Under the pieces are notes generated by a model. It ran no database searches. It saw nothing but the letters and a program-made list of their open reading frames with translations, and was not told the DNA's origin. From NCBI GenBank assembly GCA_910583555.1, contig CAJTXO010000019.1, positions 5,379 through 69,378 of the forward strand: a stretch of 64,000 nt of DNA, given 5' to 3'. The DNA is from an uncultured Eubacterium sp. (lineage in GTDB: Bacteria; Bacillota; Clostridia; Lachnospirales; Lachnospiraceae). The position numbers and the translations under genes are program-made. This document shows, piece after piece, positions 29,019 through 38,172 of this stretch. The first letter of the stretch is position 1. Every line of letters begins with the position of its first letter.

Positions 29019-29663
29019 ATGAAGCATAAATTTTATTACGGCGTTCTCATTTTTGCCCTCATTTTTTCGGCCGCTGCCCTTTTTCGGCCCGTGGCTGGAA
29101 GCTGTGCAGCCAAAAAGACGAAAATGAACGTGAAAAAACTAACTCTCACGAAAAACGATACCTATACACTGCGCGTATACAACTTAAAAAAGAAATACAC
29201 CGTAAAATTTGTCTCCGCTGACGACAGCATTGTTTCCGTCAATGAAAATGCGAATAAGAAGTCAGCCGTGATCACCGCCGTTAGTCTCGGAACGGCACAG
29301 GTACGCGCCAACATATACAACCGCAAGGATAAGCTGGTGCGCTCGTTGAAAACAAATGTGAAGGTGACACCGTTCGCCGTCAGCATCAAGTTTGCCAAGA
29401 AAAAAGTAAAGCTGGCTCTGAACGACACGACGAAGCTGTCCATTATCATCAAGCCGCGTACTTCCCATGAAGTCCCGCTGTTTGAGTCATCCAACCCGGA
29501 TGTCGTCACGGTAAACTCTAAAGGTATTATAACCGCAATCGCCCCGGGAAATGCAATTATTACGGCGACGCTCCTCTCCAGCGGTCAGAAAGCAGAGTGT
29601 GACGTGATCGTGGTTGTTCCTCCTTCACCTACCCCGGATCCACAGCCGGAACCACTTGAATAA
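29019..29663 (+). CDS. Secreted protein with two Big_2-like Ig domains
   Basis: 214 aa with a signal peptide. Two repeats have the SSNPDVVTVNSKGIITAIAPGNAIITA-type Big_2 signature, and the first is Lys-rich. Confidence 0.7.
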   Translation: MKHKFYYGVLIFALIFSAAALFRPVAGSCAAKKTKMNVKKLTLTKNDTYTLRVYNLKKKYTVKFVSADDSIVSVNENANKKSAVITAVSLGTAQVRANIYNRKDKLVRSLKTNVKVTPFAVSIKFAKKKVKLALNDTTKLSIIIKPRTSHEVPLFESSNPDVVTVNSKGIITAIAPGNAIITATLLSSGQKAECDVIVVVPPSPTPDPQPEPLE

Positions 29664-29694
29664 TCGCTTTTTCTCTTTTTTCTTTTTCAAACAG

Positions 29695-29729
29695 AACAGG
29701 CGGCAAGGTTTGATCCTTTGCCGCCTGTT
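29695..29729. terminator. Bidirectional Rho-independent terminator
   Basis: Stem AACAGGCGGCAAGG / CCTTTGCCGCCTGTT with loop TTTGAT. Followed by TTTTG. Sits between convergent genes. Confidence 0.8.
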
Positions 29730-29788
29730 TTGTATCAACGCGTATGAAGCGATCGCCTGTTCCGCGTCAACCCTGTCCGCATCACAGA

Positions 29789-31903
29789 TCAGTCGTAAAT
29801 CTTATAGTAATCAAAATCTACATATCCGCCTGCTTCCTGTGTCGCGTAATTGAACAGCCATGTTCTGGCTCCCATAAATGTCGTATTCGTTGAGAACGCC
29901 ATTTTCAGTTCCTTGCCAATCTTTGTCCAGTTCGTTCCGTCAAGGCTGTAGAAGAAGTTTGCTTTATCTCCGCCCTTAAAGTTGTACTCGATCTTGAGAT
30001 AAACGTCTGTCGTGTCTCCCAGTTCAACCTGTTCGTTGTCCACCGCTTCTTTCATAAACTCATTTCCGGACTGCGTGATATATTTCTTGCCGGTCTCGTC
30101 GCATTTCACGCCGACCATCGCGCCGTGGTCAGCCACAGCTGCCAGTCCGGCATAATCGCCAGCCTTCATGTTTGCCACCGAGATCTTCGTTTCCGATTTA
30201 CATGTCGGGCCATACGTACGCTGTGTGAGCGAGTTATGGGCGAGGAACAGATTTTCTACCGTGCGGTCCGTCGTCAGCCGCAGATACCCCGGATTTGCCG
30301 TCACAGACCAGAATTCATTCTGCGGATTGTGGTTCCACTGCCATACGAGTTTCAGCTTCTCACCTTCCTGATAGGTGAAGTCATCTTCGCCCACGAAATA
30401 ATTCTCGCGGCCGCTGTCATTGAGGTTGATCTTGATCGATTCCTTTGCCGTGCTCGGATGGAATACCCCGTCTTCGTCATATGTTCCCATCATCGGCCAG
30501 TCTTTATAGCTCTTTCCATCCTCATCGGTATAATCCCAGTTTACCTGTACGATCGACGGGATACGGCCGACTCCATTATAATCCTGGAACAGGAAGCCAT
30601 ACCAGTCACCATACGGCGTATCCACAACGCCTCCCTGTGCCAGTCCGGCACCGCTGGCTCCGCAGCCGCCGCGGTAGATCACCTGCTCTTCCCAGTCTCC
30701 CGGTTCCAGTGTCTTCGAGCGGTAGCACACTTCGGTACGCAGCCACTGCTCGGTCGACGCGATAATGAACAGATAATAGTACTCGCCGATCTTATATGCG
30801 TGCGCGCCCTCCCAGAGCGTCCATTTATAATCGGTAAATTTGGATCTATTGAACATAACAACCGACTTACCGACATTGTCTACTGAACCCGTCTCATCGT
30901 TCAGTTCAATCTGCTGCATCGTACTTCCGGAAAATACGTACATCTTTCCATCGTCAAACAGCAGTCCCGGATCGTGGAACTTATTCTTTGTGGCATATCT
31001 CGTCCACGTTCCCTTTTCGATGTCCGTCGTCGTGTAGACGTAAAATCCGTGATCGTTGCTGTTAAACGCCACGTAATATTTACCTTCATCTTCATTGTAC
31101 TTGAGCGAAGCCGCCCACGAACCATGTTTGTACATGTTGCTGCCGCCTATCAGGTTCGTCATATTATCGTTCTCAAATGTGTCATAGACATAATTCACGA
31201 TCTCCCAGTGCACCAGGTCGGTAGACTTCATAATCGGCACGCCCGGACACATGTTCATCGTCGTGCTGACCATATAGAAATCCCCCCCGACACGGATGAT
31301 ATCCAGGTCCGGAATATCGGAATACAGCGTCGGATAATCAACCGTCACCAGATTGTTCGGATCAAGCGGCGGGATGGTAGCCGGCCCTGCGGATACATCG
31401 GGCTTCTGATCCGGCGTTCCCGAACCCGTCGGCGGCTGGTCTGGTTTCCCTGACTCTGCCGGTCCATTCGGCGCTGTCGAGCCTGCCGGTGGCTGCGGCT
31501 GGTTTGTCGCTGCCGTGGAAGCAGCGGGCGGCTGGACCGTTACCTTCGGATCCTTATCCGACTTGGCCGTCGTCACTTTTACCGTTACGGTTCCCAGCTT
31601 TTTCTTTGCTCCTTTTCCTTTTTTGTAGGAAACGGTGATCTTCGTCGTTCCTTTTCTCTTTCCAGTTACTTTTCCTTTCGCGTTTACCGTGGCAATCTTT
31701 TTGTTCTTAGACTTAAATGAGATCTTGAAATTCTTTTTTTTCTTGATTCCAATCGTCTTACTCTTTTTTACCTCCACGGTAATCTTCTTCGTTGACAGTT
31801 TCGGCTTTGCAGCGGCCTCTGATGCTCCTGCCGGAACAAGAGTGGTCAGTACCATAGCGACCGCAAGGCCTGCTGCCGTCAATCTGCCGGTCCTTTTCTT
31901 CAT
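29789..31903 (-). CDS. Secreted GH43 glycoside hydrolase (arabinofuranosidase/xylosidase family) with N-terminal Lys-rich Big_2-like module and C-terminal beta-sandwich domain
   Basis: ORF 29789..31921, ATG at 31903 (MKKRTGRL) with a GGAGGTA RBS. GH43 blocks: DIIRVGGDFYMVSTT, PIMKSTDLVHWE, WAASLKY, HDPGLLFDDGKMYVF and EGAHAYKIGEYYYLF. Confidence 0.85.
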   Translation of the reverse strand: MKKRTGRLTAAGLAVAMVLTTLVPAGASEAAAKPKLSTKKITVEVKKSKTIGIKKKKNFKISFKSKNKKIATVNAKGKVTGKRKGTTKITVSYKKGKGAKKKLGTVTVKVTTAKSDKDPKVTVQPPAASTAATNQPQPPAGSTAPNGPAESGKPDQPPTGSGTPDQKPDVSAGPATIPPLDPNNLVTVDYPTLYSDIPDLDIIRVGGDFYMVSTTMNMCPGVPIMKSTDLVHWEIVNYVYDTFENDNMTNLIGGSNMYKHGSWAASLKYNEDEGKYYVAFNSNDHGFYVYTTTDIEKGTWTRYATKNKFHDPGLLFDDGKMYVFSGSTMQQIELNDETGSVDNVGKSVVMFNRSKFTDYKWTLWEGAHAYKIGEYYYLFIIASTEQWLRTEVCYRSKTLEPGDWEEQVIYRGGCGASGAGLAQGGVVDTPYGDWYGFLFQDYNGVGRIPSIVQVNWDYTDEDGKSYKDWPMMGTYDEDGVFHPSTAKESIKINLNDSGRENYFVGEDDFTYQEGEKLKLVWQWNHNPQNEFWSVTANPGYLRLTTDRTVENLFLAHNSLTQRTYGPTCKSETKISVANMKAGDYAGLAAVADHGAMVGVKCDETGKKYITQSGNEFMKEAVDNEQVELGDTTDVYLKIEYNFKGGDKANFFYSLDGTNWTKIGKELKMAFSTNTTFMGARTWLFNYATQEAGGYVDFDYYKIYD

Positions 31904-32081
31904 GGAAATACCTCCTATCATTTACCTTCGTCTGATGCTTCGGTGCCAGGGCAGGTCAATCCCTCCCCATTTGCCACAAAACACCCATACAACGTACATA
32001 TATCAATTATAGCAAATAATACACACGAATACAAGAGGTTTTTGCCAATTCCATAAAGTCCCTAAAACAGGAACAAATCAC

Positions 32082-34631
32082 TTAATCTATTCCTGTCACC
32101 TGATAATCCTGCTCTTCTACTGCTTTGCGTAATACATCATTTGACACGTCTTTTGTCAGTGTCACCTCAGCCGTGCCATTCTCATGGCTCACCGCGGCGC
32201 TCTCCACACCGTCCAGCTGTTCCAGACACTTCTTTACTCTTGCCTCACAGTGTCCGCACATCATTCCTTCAATCTTCAATGTCTTTTTCATGATTTTTTT
32301 CTCCTTCTCTGTTATATATTTTGAGTTCTTTCTGCTATGCACGTCAAGCCAGTTCAGGCGCAGGGCATTACTTACGACACAGAAACTGGAAAGTCCCATG
32401 GCCGCCGCCCCGAACATCGGATTGAGCTGCCAGCCAAAGAGCGGGATCCACACGCCGGCCGCCAGCGGAATGCCGATCACATTGTAAATGAACGCCCAAA
32501 ACAGGTTTTCATGGATATTTTTCAGCACGCCGCGGCTGAGCCGGATCGCCGCTGGCACATCCGACAGACGGCTTTTCATCAGCACGACGTCCGCCGCATC
32601 GACAGCGACATCCGTCCCTGCCCCGATGGCGATTCCGATATCAGCTCTCGTCAGGGCCGGAGCATCGTTGATGCCGTCCCCTACCATGATTACTTTTCCC
32701 TGTGACGCAAAACCTCGCACCTGTTCCTCTTTTCCGTCCGGCATCACACCGGCGATGATCTCATCCACGCCCGCCGCGCTCCCGATGGCCTTCGCCGTCC
32801 GCTCGTTGTCGCCTGTCAGCATCACGACTTTCATCCCCATTTGCTGCATATCGCGGATCGCCTGCGGACTATCCTCTTTCATAACGTCGGCCACGGCGAT
32901 ACAACCGAGGAGCGTGTTATTTCTCGCGAAGTACAGCGGCGTTTTCCCCTCGCCGGCGAGGCGGTCACTCGTCTCGAGAAGCTCTGCCGGGATGTCCGCC
33001 ACCGTCTCGATGTACTCCTGTTTTCCACCTGTGATCCGGTCATTCCCGATCATTCCCTGCAGTCCGTTTCCCGATACGGCTTTGAAGCCGCTGACTGCTT
33101 CTTTGGGCACACCGCGGCTGCTACCGTATTCTACGACCGCCTTCGCCAGCGGATGTTCGCTCATGCACTCGAGTGCATAGGCGTTTTTGATCAAATCGTC
33201 CTGCAGATCCTCGGACGCCGCGATGACATCGGTTACTTTCGGTTCGCCGAGTGTAATTGTCCCAGTCTTATCAAGCACAACGATCTGTGCCTTTCCCGTT
33301 TCTTCCAAGGAAACAGCCGTTTTAAACAATATCCCGTTTTTGGCTCCCATTCCGTTTCCGACCATGATTGCCACCGGGGTAGCCAGTCCGAGCGCGCACG
33401 GACAGCTTATGACGAGCACCGAGATCCCTCTGGCCAGCGCGAAACCGAAACTCTGCCCGGTCATCATCCAGACGATAATGGTAACCGCAGCGATCGCCAT
33501 TACAATAGGAACAAATACACCGGATACCCGGTCCGCGACTTTGGCTATCGGCGCTTTTGTCGCCGCGGCATCGCTCACCATCTGGATGATCTGCGAGAGC
33601 GTCGTGTCCTCGCCCACCCGGTCCGCCTGACACGTCAGAAAGCCGTCCTGATTGATCGTCGAGGCCGAAACGGCGTCGCCTTCCGCTTTATCGACGGGAA
33701 TACTCTCGCCGGTCAGCGCCGCCTCGTTGACAGAACCGTTTCCTTTGACAATGATGCCGTCCACCGGAATGCTCTCTCCGGGGCGCACGACAAACAGATC
33801 CCCTTTTTTCACCTGCGCCACCGGCACTTCCTGTTCCGTGCCATCCACGAGCAGCACCGCCCGCTGGGGCGCCAGCCGCATCAGGCTTTTGAGCGCATCG
33901 GTTGTCCGCCCCTTCGAACGCGCTTCCAGCGTTTTCCCCACCATGATCAAGGTCAGGATCGTGGCGGCGGATTCAAAGTACAATTCATGGACGTAGTGGT
34001 GCATATGCGCCAGATCTCCGGCCGTCAGCGCATAAGACATGCCAAACAGGGCGTACAGGCTATATCCATACGCCGCCCCCGCACCGAGCGCCACGAGCGT
34101 GTCCATGTTCGGCGCCCTGTGCCAGAGTCCGCGGAATCCACTGATAAAAAAGCGCTGGTTGATGACCATGATCGCGGTTGTCAGCAGGAGCTGGATCAAG
34201 GCGAGCGCCATTTGGTTATGTTCCAGCACTTCAGGCAGATACCACCCCCACATCATATTCCCCATCGAAATGTACATGAGCACGACAAGAAGGGCGACGG
34301 ATACGAGCAGTCGCGCGCGGAGTCTGGGGGTATCGTGGTCCTCGAGCGCGCTGGCTGGGTCGGCGGGAAGGGTGTCCCCGCTGGTGTCAGTTGTACCACC
34401 CGGGTTTATGCCGGTGGTATCGCCTTTTTGCCTGTTTTTCGGTTCCGCGTGATAGCCGGCATCTTCTACGGCTTTTATAATAAGGTCGGCCGGCGCGGTT
34501 CCCTCTACGCCCATTGAGTTGGTCAGGAGGCTTACCGATACCGATGATACGCCGGGTACTTTGCAGACTGCTTTTTCGACCCGGGAGCTGCATGCGGCGC
34601 AGCTCATGCCTGTTACGTGATATTGTTCCAT
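32082..34631 (-). CDS. copA: Copper-translocating P1B-type ATPase with N- and C-terminal HMA domains
   Basis: 849 aa. Motifs GMSCAACSSRVE, CPCALGLATP, DKTGTIT and GDGINDAP. There is an extra C-terminal GMMCGHCEARV HMA domain. Confidence 0.95.
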   Translation of the reverse strand: MEQYHVTGMSCAACSSRVEKAVCKVPGVSSVSVSLLTNSMGVEGTAPADLIIKAVEDAGYHAEPKNRQKGDTTGINPGGTTDTSGDTLPADPASALEDHDTPRLRARLLVSVALLVVLMYISMGNMMWGWYLPEVLEHNQMALALIQLLLTTAIMVINQRFFISGFRGLWHRAPNMDTLVALGAGAAYGYSLYALFGMSYALTAGDLAHMHHYVHELYFESAATILTLIMVGKTLEARSKGRTTDALKSLMRLAPQRAVLLVDGTEQEVPVAQVKKGDLFVVRPGESIPVDGIIVKGNGSVNEAALTGESIPVDKAEGDAVSASTINQDGFLTCQADRVGEDTTLSQIIQMVSDAAATKAPIAKVADRVSGVFVPIVMAIAAVTIIVWMMTGQSFGFALARGISVLVISCPCALGLATPVAIMVGNGMGAKNGILFKTAVSLEETGKAQIVVLDKTGTITLGEPKVTDVIAASEDLQDDLIKNAYALECMSEHPLAKAVVEYGSSRGVPKEAVSGFKAVSGNGLQGMIGNDRITGGKQEYIETVADIPAELLETSDRLAGEGKTPLYFARNNTLLGCIAVADVMKEDSPQAIRDMQQMGMKVVMLTGDNERTAKAIGSAAGVDEIIAGVMPDGKEEQVRGFASQGKVIMVGDGINDAPALTRADIGIAIGAGTDVAVDAADVVLMKSRLSDVPAAIRLSRGVLKNIHENLFWAFIYNVIGIPLAAGVWIPLFGWQLNPMFGAAAMGLSSFCVVSNALRLNWLDVHSRKNSKYITEKEKKIMKKTLKIEGMMCGHCEARVKKCLEQLDGVESAAVSHENGTAEVTLTKDVSNDVLRKAVEEQDYQVTGID

Positions 34632-34670
34632 ATGATCCTCGCTTTTTTACTGGGTGGATGGGCGGCTGCT

Positions 34671-34973
34671 TTATTTCATCAGTTTCTGAAGGACAGCCAC
34701 CAGTTCCTCGACAGACTCACTTCCGCCATCCCGGATATCATCCGTGACACACGTGCGGATGTGGTTTGCCAGCAATACTTTGTTAAAGCTGTTCAGGGCC
34801 GCGGTGATGGCAGATACCTGAGTCAGGATGTCGATGCAGTAGCTGTCTTTTTCCACCATGTTCTGCACGCCCCGCACCTGGCCTTCGATCCGCTTCAGGC
34901 GGTTGAGAAGGTCTTTATATTCCTGCTCGTCTCGTTTTTTTATTTTATGCGTCTGGCAGCAAGCTTTTTCCAT
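34671..34973 (-). CDS. csoR: CsoR-family copper-sensing repressor
   Basis: 100 aa. The RLKRIEGQVRGVQNMV...YCIDILTQ pattern is present, and the gene lies immediately upstream of copA. Confidence 0.9.
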   Translation of the reverse strand: MEKACCQTHKIKKRDEQEYKDLLNRLKRIEGQVRGVQNMVEKDSYCIDILTQVSAITAALNSFNKVLLANHIRTCVTDDIRDGGSESVEELVAVLQKLMK

Positions 34974-35189
34974 CTGTTACTCTCCGTTCAAAATCAATCC
35001 ATCAATAGTTTCTCCATTTAATGCGGGCCTATACCCTGCAGGTTATACCCGATGGGCCACGCCCTGCTCAAAGCAGGATATTTGCATTTATCTCTACTCT
35101 AATCTCCTGCCTCTAGCTCCAAAACACGTCAGGTATCCCATGCCTGCATGAAATACCTGACGTGTAGCATTTTCTGCATCATTTTTCTC

Positions 35190-35218
35190 ATTATATACCC
35201 CCTGGGGGTATATGTCAA
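35190..35218 (-). promoter_or_regulatory. Consensus sigma-A promoter with CsoR-type palindromic operator filling the spacer
   Basis: On the minus strand, TTGACA (35213-35218), a 17-nt spacer and TATAAT (35190-35195). The 21-bp perfect palindrome ATATACCCCC-T-GGGGGTATAT occupies 35193-35213. Confidence 0.7.
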
Positions 35219-35299
35219 GAAAGGATGTTTCATTTTTACTGTTCTTTAATGTTCTATTTAATGTTCTTCACTTCTCCCTCAATTCTCCCTCACTTCTCT

Positions 35300-36136
35300 T
35301 TACTGTTCTTCCTGTTCTTCCTGTTCCTTCATCTTCCGCGAAACAATCCGGACCAGCTCTTCTTCTGGAGTTTCCGGACATCTGCGCAGAACACGGTCGA
35401 GGATTTCGATCACTTTTTCCAGATACGCGATCGAGTGTCCCTCGCGGATCAAATGCTTCAATACATCAGTCAATAAACCGTATGAAATGCGGCCGGGTAC
35501 GGCCCCGCTGACCAGCACGGGGTATTTGATCTGCAGATTGTCGGTCAGTTCTTTGACCAGCTCCTGATTCAGTATATGGGCGTAATTATCCTGTACGGCT
35601 TTGCCCAGACAGCCGCAAATATAGTCACAGGTATACTCGTCCACAGATGTGAGCCGCTCAAAATACAGTTTGCGGCGGTAGGATACAATCTGAAATTCGT
35701 CTGTTTCCAGTTCTAGTTTATCCCGTACCCGTACGACCGGCATTAAGATTCCCTCTGCGGCCAGCTTTTCGCGCTGTTCTATTATTTTCTGCATGTAGGC
35801 GTCGTTCATGAAGATCGGTACCAATTTTTCGCCGAAGATCAGTTCCAGTGGTTCCAGACAATTGCGGAGACGGCTCCATACTACTTCATGGCGTCGGTCG
35901 GGGTTTTGGCTTTGTCCCGGGGGATTTTTAATCGATATGTCTAATAGTTCATCTGCGCTGATCGCCAGAATCCGGCAAACTTCGGTTAAGAGGGAGAGAT
36001 CGGGCAGGCTCTGGCCGCGCTCCCATCTGCTCAGTGCCTGCGGCGTCACACCGATTCGGGCGGCGAGCTGCTCCTGTGTCATATTGTTGTTTTGACGAAG
36101 CCGGGAGATCCGGTTTCCAAAATGTGTTTGATCCAT
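35300..36136 (-). CDS. XRE-family HTH protein fused to an FlhA-C-terminal-like (FHIPEP cytoplasmic) domain
   Basis: 278 aa. The N-terminus IGVTPQALSRWERGQSLPDLSLL is a Cro/C1 HTH. The rest (LMPVVRVRDKLELETDEFQIVSYRRKL... LVKELTDNL..PVLV...ISYGLLTDVLKHLIREGHSIAYLEKVIEIL) follows the pattern I recall for FlhA cytoplasmic domains. Confidence 0.6.
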   Translation of the reverse strand: MDQTHFGNRISRLRQNNNMTQEQLAARIGVTPQALSRWERGQSLPDLSLLTEVCRILAISADELLDISIKNPPGQSQNPDRRHEVVWSRLRNCLEPLELIFGEKLVPIFMNDAYMQKIIEQREKLAAEGILMPVVRVRDKLELETDEFQIVSYRRKLYFERLTSVDEYTCDYICGCLGKAVQDNYAHILNQELVKELTDNLQIKYPVLVSGAVPGRISYGLLTDVLKHLIREGHSIAYLEKVIEILDRVLRRCPETPEEELVRIVSRKMKEQEEQEEQ

Positions 36137-36141
36137 CGCTG

Positions 36142-36327
36142 CTACCTCCTTCTGGGGTTATGCATTTTTATTGGTCTTCTTTTAGTATAGCAGGGATGGG
36201 GGGATTCGTAAAACAAGAGGTGGTTGAGAAGGAAGTCAATTTTATTCAGTCTTTTTCCCTCTCTTGTCATTTTTCTGGTCAAACGCAGATACTTGATGCG
36301 TTCTCCTACCGTATTGTTATCTAACAT
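36142..36327 (-). other. Short ORF with XRE-HTH-like N-terminus only (possible remnant)
   Basis: 61 aa. MLDNNTVGERIKYLRLTRKMT resembles the start of an XRE HTH and then degenerates. It ends 5 nt before the next gene's ATG and lies at the GC/AT transition. Confidence 0.3.
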
Positions 36328-36544
36328 TGTAACACCACCTATTCTATCGTTTCCGTATGTCTCCGATTATAGCACAACAGGTGATCCGCTCCACATCATA
36401 TCACTATACATCGCCTATTTGTTACTATACACCCCAACTTCCTTCCTTTCTTTTTATTAATTGTATTGATCTAAGACTAATAGCAATTAGTTAATGATGA
36501 CTTGTTTTCTCTGCAAATCAACTATTTAACCAGAGTATTTTCAG

Positions 36545-37590
36545 CTAATTAGTATTTGAGTTTTCACAACGATTTTCATTAACACTAATATTTATCTGCT
36601 TACTCCAATAATCATAGAATCGTTTTTTTCTATTTAATAGCTCATTCAAGACAATTAATGACGTCTTTTTTATTAATGCGCGTGCAATGGCAATTCTTTG
36701 TCTTTGTCCTTGAGACAATTTAATTCCTCTTTGCCCAATTTCTGTATCATATTTTTCGGGTAATCCTTCTACAAAGGAATCAATATCAGCCATTTCTGCC
36801 ACTTGCTTTATCTCATCTAATGAGGCATCTTGCTTACCTATACAAATATTATCTTTTATAGACATATCATACAAAAACAATTCTTGAGGCACGACTGCTA
36901 TTTTTTGCCGCAAAGTACTTAACGAATACTTCGCAATCGATTTATTATTGATAAGTATATCTCCCCTAGATGGATGATAGAATCTTTGGAGCAGCTTTAT
37001 TAGTGTAGATTTGCCTCCACCACTTGGTCCAACAATCGCAACTGTTGCACCTTCTGGAACCTAAAAGAGACACCATCAAGTACTTGTTCGCCATTGGAAT
37101 ATGCAAATTTAACATCCTTAAACTCAACAGAAATCGCTCCTTGCCCTATTTCTTCACCTTCTCAATCATTTCTTCTTCCAATTCCATAATTTGGCATAGA
37201 TCTTCAGAATTAGCAATCGCCCCATGAAGTTGACTAATTGCAGTTACTATTCTACCAAATATCTCTGACACAAATCCTAATAAAGTTGTAAAAGCCACAC
37301 ATGCGCCTATTTGTATTTTACCTTCAAACATCAAAAAGAAAACAACTACCAAACCAACAATATAAGCAATATCTTGAGGTGCATTTTTCATTAAATTTCT
37401 GCTAGTTTCAACTATAACCTTTTTAACATCAAGTTGAACTTCTTTCCTACATAATTCACCACAATTATTGATTGTATCTTTTTTTATAAATTCTAGCAAT
37501 ATGATTTTCTTCATAAAAGGAATATTTAAGATATGTAGCTTTTCTCAATACTTCCCATCGCATATTAGTAACAACTGTTTCATTATTCAT
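36545..37590 (-). pseudogene. Decayed ABC exporter (fused TMD-NBD, bacteriocin/multidrug-exporter type)
   Basis: Four defects are visible. (1) Only an N-terminal stub remains from the ATG at 37590. (2) A TMD C-terminal piece (37146..37514) is in a different frame from the NBD. (3) The NBD frame reads ...LDGVSF-TAG-VPEGATVAIVGPSGGGKST...LSQGQRQRIAIARAL..LIVLNE. (4) Walker B Asp is replaced by Asn and the canonical tail is lost. Only about 1.05 kb remains, versus about 1.7 kb expected. Confidence 0.8.
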
Positions 37591-37713
37591 AAACTTACCT
37601 CCGTATGATGGTATCAAAAGTTGAAACTAAACTTTTGATACTGATAATAGAAATTTGACAATATCGGGGATCATTATACGGGTGTCCGCCGTGTCTTCAC
37701 AAATTGGGGAAAT

Positions 37714-38142
37714 TCATTTTAATACTTCTTCCATCCTCACGCTCTTATATTCGAGCGCGTTACCAACTTTCGCCCGAAATTTTCGAAAATTATTACTATT
37801 GACTTTATGTGCGCGGACTTTACTGCACACAATGCGATATAAAATTATATACCCTGATAATTCTGCACGAAACATGACTTCCGCACTCTCTAATTGCGGA
37901 ATCGCCTCGTCAATATTACTACCCTTCAATTCAATAAAATACGCCTTTTTTAAGCTGTCATTTAGCAGCAAAAAATCACAACACTTCTTATTTTTTACCA
38001 ATTCACCATCCAGCTTATATTGCCGAACCTCATATTTTCCATGTGAGTTTGTGGCACGATGCTCCCTTTTTACCCTTTCGTCCCTCGATACAATAATCTT
38101 TTGATCTTTCTTACATCTTGATTTCTCATTTTGTAATAACAA
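37714..38142 (-). CDS. Small PD-(D/E)xK-like (restriction-endonuclease-fold) protein, candidate effector
   Basis: 142 aa. TTG start at 38142 with GGGAGGG 8 nt upstream. The motif CCD56FLLL...YFIE71LK73G is followed by a helix IDEAIPQLE. It lies 30 nt downstream of the ATPase gene, on the same strand. Confidence 0.55.
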   Translation of the reverse strand: MLLQNEKSRCKKDQKIIVSRDERVKREHRATNSHGKYEVRQYKLDGELVKNKKCCDFLLLNDSLKKAYFIELKGSNIDEAIPQLESAEVMFRAELSGYIILYRIVCSKVRAHKVNSNNFRKFRAKVGNALEYKSVRMEEVLK

Positions 38143-38172
38143 CCAAAATCCCTCCCTTTTTCATTCTCATTC

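Noticed and set aside
32841-34517. Long antisense ORFs in the track: 558 aa opposite copA, plus 19240..20514 opposite VanW, 23040..24380 opposite the O-antigen-ligase-like gene, 46661..47608 opposite the giant gene and 4195..4917 opposite GH25.
   Set aside because: Each lies entirely inside a strongly supported gene on the other strand. Their compositions are Arg/His/Pro-rich and low in complexity, with no motifs and no RBS. They are typical shadow ORFs of GC-rich coding DNA.
37611-37641. A 12-bp perfect AT-rich hairpin (GTATCAAAAGTT/AACTTTTGATAC) downstream of the nuclease-like gene, considered as its terminator.
   Set aside because: There is no U-tract on the relevant (minus) strand and the stem is AT-rich. 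It may still attenuate transcription, but it does not meet intrinsic-terminator criteria.
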